From: an uncultured Myxococcales bacterium
GTDB lineage: Bacteria > Myxococcota_A > UBA9042
Assembly: GCA_903896545.1 (NCBI GenBank)
Contig: CAITYF010000197.1
Span: 11,665 to 75,664 of the forward strand
Direction: 5' to 3'
Length of the DNA stretch: 64,000 bases
Part shown: in pieces, positions 61,103-64,000 of the stretch
How positions within the stretch are numbered: position 1 is the first letter of the stretch
Layout: the number at the start of each line of letters is the position of its first letter
Translations under genes and position numbers: made by a program
The notes under the pieces: generated by a model
The model's input: only the letters and a program-made list of their open reading frames with translations
What the model was told of the DNA's origin: nothing
Databases searched by the model: none

Positions 61103-61572
61103 TTCGCCTCTGCACGGCAGCGGTTGCGCAAGTCGCTGTTGTTGATCGACTCGCAGGCGCTTTTGTTGTGCCCCGCGACGCCGCGGCAGTAGTTGCGCTT
61201 GTCGCTGTCGCCGATCGATTCGCACGGGCTCTTGTCGTGACGCGAAACGGCGCGGCAGTGGTTGCGCGCGTCGCTGTCCGAGATCGACTCGCAGTTGCCT
61301 GAGCTGCTGGAGCCGCCCGCGACGCCGCGGCACTGGTTGCGCAGGTTGCTGTCGCCAATCGACTCACAGTGTGACTTCTCGCCGCTCGCCTCGGCACGAC
61401 AGTAGTTGCGTTTGTCGCTGTTGCTGATCGATTCGCAAGGGCTCTTGTCGTGCTTGGCCACAGCGCGGCAATGGTTGCGCGCGTCGCTGTCAGAGATCGA
61501 CTCGCAATTGCTGGCGTTCGCCGCCGCGTTCACGGTCCACAAAGTCATCGCCACCACAGTCCACTTCCACAT
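61099..61572 (-). CDS. Secreted protein made of about eight tandem ~16-aa CESI(S/G)DSDxRNxCR repeats
   Basis: Signal peptide MWKWTVVAMTLWTVNAAANA, then NCESISDSDARNHCRAV / SPCESISNSDKRNYCRAE / SHCESIGDSNLRNQCRGV and so on, with two Cys per repeat. Confidence 0.6.
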   Translation of the reverse strand: MWKWTVVAMTLWTVNAAANASNCESISDSDARNHCRAVAKHDKSPCESISNSDKRNYCRAEASGEKSHCESIGDSNLRNQCRGVAGGSSSSGNCESISDSDARNHCRAVSRHDKSPCESIGDSDKRNYCRGVAGHNKSACESINNSDLRNRCRAEAN

Positions 61573-61609
61573 GCTGCCCTCCATTGCCCCGTTTCCGGCC
61601 CGGCGCACG

Positions 61610-62293
61610 TTACGCCACGGCGCGCACGACTTCCAGCCACGCTTGCAGCCACAGTCTGCCTGCACCGCAGCCATCATTCCAGCCCATTTCCGGATGAAAT
61701 TGGCTCGCGAGGATGGGCCGCCGACGGTGCGCGATCGCCTCCACCGGAGTCACGGCGCTGTGTCCCAAGGTGACAAACGCGCTTGGCGTCGCTGCGACTT
61801 GTTCGACGTGGCTCTCAAAGCACCGCCCCCCGGATTCTGGCCAACGCAGCAGCGCGCGCCGGGCGGCGTCGGGCAGCCACGAGGGCAACGCGCTTACGTC
61901 CAGCGCCACGGGCAGCGGACCGCGCACCTTACGCAGTCCGTCGTAACTCGCGCCGAGATCTTCGCCAAACGTCGTTTCCAGCTTGCCGCCCCAAGCAAGC
62001 GCCAGCGCCTGCATGCCACCGCAAACGCCCAGCACCGGACCTGGAAACACTTCAACGAGCGCCCGCAACCATGGGAGAAACGCGCGGTCGTAGGCGGCAA
62101 ACGGTGTGCCTTGGGGACCGAGCACCAGCGCGGTCGTCCGGGCGAGCAAGGCGGGATCGCGGCGAATTTCCGCGAAATGCACAAGCGTCACTTCAGCTTT
62201 GGGCAACAGAATCTCAAGCGCTTCGGCAATGCGCTCGCAACCACCCCGTTCGCCGGCTTGCAAGTTCAGATTGCAGATCAAGATCTTGACCAT
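61610..62293 (-). CDS. Class I glutamine amidotransferase-like protein
   Basis: GVCGGMQAL (nucleophile Cys elbow) and SQFHPE (His-Glu of the triad). Confidence 0.7.
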   Translation of the reverse strand: MVKILICNLNLQAGERGGCERIAEALEILLPKAEVTLVHFAEIRRDPALLARTTALVLGPQGTPFAAYDRAFLPWLRALVEVFPGPVLGVCGGMQALALAWGGKLETTFGEDLGASYDGLRKVRGPLPVALDVSALPSWLPDAARRALLRWPESGGRCFESHVEQVAATPSAFVTLGHSAVTPVEAIAHRRRPILASQFHPEMGWNDGCGAGRLWLQAWLEVVRAVA

Positions 62294-62296
62294 CGC

Positions 62297-63232
62297 TCAG
62301 CCATCTCTGCGCTTGGGAATGGGCTCGCCCGGCAGCAGCCCGTCGGGTAGGCAGACACCGGGCGCATTCCACCAAGATTCAAGCAGATGTGCAATCGTTC
62401 CGGGCTGTTCATGGTGCAGGTTGTGTCCAGCGCCCATCAACACGCCCGCGTGGAGCCGCGGCACCACGGCGTGACGCGTTGGCAGATCCGGCGGCAGCCA
62501 TTCACTGTGTTCCGCGTAGACAGAAAGCACCGGCATCGGCAGGTTCGCCCACAAGCGCAGCGCTTCATCGAGGCGAAATGGCCGCGCCGAGGGCGTGCGG
62601 TGCAGCGGATCGTGCCGCCACGCCAGACCGCCGGGAACGCGCTCGGTGTTGGTCTGCGCCAGTCGCAGCGCCATGTCCGCCGGCAGCCGATGATTGGCTT
62701 TTTGCAGCCGCGCAGCAGCGTCCTCCAGCGTTGCCATCGCGCGCCGGTTCGCCTTCCGGTCGTTCGCATCGCCGACCAATCCGGGCTGCAGTTGTGCGTC
62801 CAGCCAGGCCTCCAGCCGCGAAGGCCACGCCTCGACCGGGTTCTCCAGCGGGCCCATGCCGTCCAGCAGGGCGAGGCTTTGGACGCGCCCCGGCCGGACT
62901 GCCAGGAGCGCAGTCGTGATCATGCCGCCCATCGAGTGGCCCACGACGTGATCGGGCGCGTAATGGCACAGGAGTCCGTCCAAATCGTGCCAAAAATCGG
63001 CGAAGTGGTAGAAGCCGCCGGAACCGACCCACGCCGATTCGCCGTGCCCGCGCGCGTCGGGCGCAATCACGTGCCAGCGGTCACACACGCGCTCGGCGAT
63101 TGCCGCAAAGCTTTTGCCGTGGTCCAAAAAACCGTGGTGAAAAAGGACCTTGGGCAGCGCAGGATCGCCCCAACGGTGGACAGCCAGCGGCAAACCGCGT
63201 ACGGAGTGAAAATCAGTCTGGATGGGCGACAC
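62297..63232 (-). CDS. Alpha/beta-hydrolase fold protein
   Basis: LFHHGFLDHGKSF, the nucleophile elbow GHSMGG, and a C-terminal His. The start is uncertain: a GTG at 63232 is preferred because the upstream ATG would overlap the divergent Dam gene. Confidence 0.65.
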   Translation of the reverse strand: MSPIQTDFHSVRGLPLAVHRWGDPALPKVLFHHGFLDHGKSFAAIAERVCDRWHVIAPDARGHGESAWVGSGGFYHFADFWHDLDGLLCHYAPDHVVGHSMGGMITTALLAVRPGRVQSLALLDGMGPLENPVEAWPSRLEAWLDAQLQPGLVGDANDRKANRRAMATLEDAAARLQKANHRLPADMALRLAQTNTERVPGGLAWRHDPLHRTPSARPFRLDEALRLWANLPMPVLSVYAEHSEWLPPDLPTRHAVVPRLHAGVLMGAGHNLHHEQPGTIAHLLESWWNAPGVCLPDGLLPGEPIPKRRDG

Positions 63233-63349
63233 AGTGCTCCTTCGCGGCTGCCGCTTGCGAGCATGGGCGGCGCGAGGCGGAAGTGTCAAATGCCCTTGCA
63301 CCGGCGCGTGGAACGGCCTACGGTGCAGCGTTCTCGACAGCAGGCAACC

Positions 63350-64000
63350 GATGACGCAACTCCCGTTCCCGGACATGATGACGCCCCACGGCTTGATGCC
63401 GAGTGATCCGGTCTTGACCGCGCCGAGTCGGCAAGTGCTGAAATGGATTGGTAATAAGCACAAAGTCGCGGCCGCTATCGCCGCGTCCTTTCCGACCGAT
63501 TTCCGCCGCTACTACGAGCCGTTCATCGGTTCGGCCGCCGTTCTGGGCACGCTGGCACCGCGCGATGCAGTGGCCTCGGACGTGCTCGCGCCGCTCGTCG
63601 CGATTTGGCAGCGTGTGCAAGCCGATCCGCAGGCTGTGTACGCCGCGTATGAAGCGCGCTTTCAAGCGTTCACGACGCAAGACCGCAAGGTCGTTTACCG
63701 CGCCATTTTGGACCGCTACAACGCGACGGGCGACCCGGACGATCTGCTTTTTGTCGCGCGGACGTGTTACGGCGGCGTGATTCGTTTTGACCGCAAAGGC
63801 ACGATGAACACGCCCTGCGGTGTGCACGCAGCGCTTCCGCTCAAGAAGTTCGCGGAGGCTCTGGCCCAATGGCAGCCGAGGCTGGCGGGAACGCGCTTTG
63901 TTGTCGGCGATTTTGAGACGCAGATCGACGACGCGGGACCGGGAGACCTGGTCTACTGCGACCCGCCGTATCAGGACTGCGGCAAGAATCTCTACGGCGC
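63350..64000 (+). CDS. Dam-type (D12 class) DNA N6-adenine methyltransferase; 3' end beyond the window
   Basis: VLKWIGNKHKV (the PxLKWAGGK-like motif I) and DPPY (motif IV). Not in the ORF track because it has no in-window stop. Confidence 0.7.

Noticed and set aside
61610-62293. GATase1-like gene as a candidate cyanophycinase (S51 peptidases share the class I glutamine-amidotransferase-like fold)
   Set aside because: It has the Cys nucleophile elbow GVCGGMQ and the FHPE His-Glu pair of true glutamine amidotransferases, not the Ser-His-Glu GxSAG arrangement of cyanophycinase / peptidase E. It is also separated from cphA by four genes on the opposite strand.

Overview
This is a 64-kb, high-GC (roughly two-thirds G+C by eye) chromosomal segment with dense, mostly non-overlapping genes on both strands. 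I suspect a member of Myxococcota: there is a secreted protein built from myxobacteria-type CDDGNxCTxDxC cysteine repeats with D(V)APD acidic repeats, plus many lipoproteins with lipobox signal peptides. No rRNA, tRNA or CRISPR array is visible.

Recognisable content:
- Envelope/transport: a truncated mscS-like channel gene at the left edge; a tandem-domain DsbA-family oxidoreductase; hemolysin-III-type membrane protein; an Mla/Mce-type lipid-transport operon ending in a PqiC-like lipoprotein with a large C-terminal fusion.
- A conserved phosphotransferase / histidine phosphatase / SDR trio.
- An HUH (IS200-like / REP-associated) transposase-like gene.
- A complete oleABCD long-chain olefin biosynthesis operon.
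- BCKDH-type E1 alpha/beta subunits plus a thiolase.
- A DegT-family sugar aminotransferase.
- gyrB.
- Two divergent NAD-dependent epimerase genes.
- A eukaryote-type protein-arginine deiminase (PAD) homologue.
- A cyanophycin synthetase (cphA) followed by a stand-alone Mur-ligase-domain paralogue.
- A Dam-type N6-adenine methyltransferase gene cut by the right edge.

Features I would look at again:
1. Two paralogous 89-codon genes, each with a ~100-nt conserved leader and a U-tract terminator, flank a radical SAM / twitch-domain enzyme. This looks like a peptide-maturation (RiPP-like) locus and is my best candidate for an undescribed system.
2. A 144-bp hairpin-bearing repeat occurs three times, each copy abutting the TAA stop codon of a gene that reads into it.
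3. A ~20-bp GCCTNAGGC-centred palindromic motif recurs five times, twice flanking the HUH transposase-like gene, which resembles a REP/RAYT arrangement.
4. A 2.5-kb cassette carrying a DUF1566 lipoprotein gene is bracketed by ~320-bp direct duplications, a Campbell-integration footprint.
5. The PAD homologue sits next to and diverges from the cyanophycin (poly-Arg/Asp) synthetase genes.

All calls rest on reading the translations and the DNA by eye; no database search or alignment tool was run.
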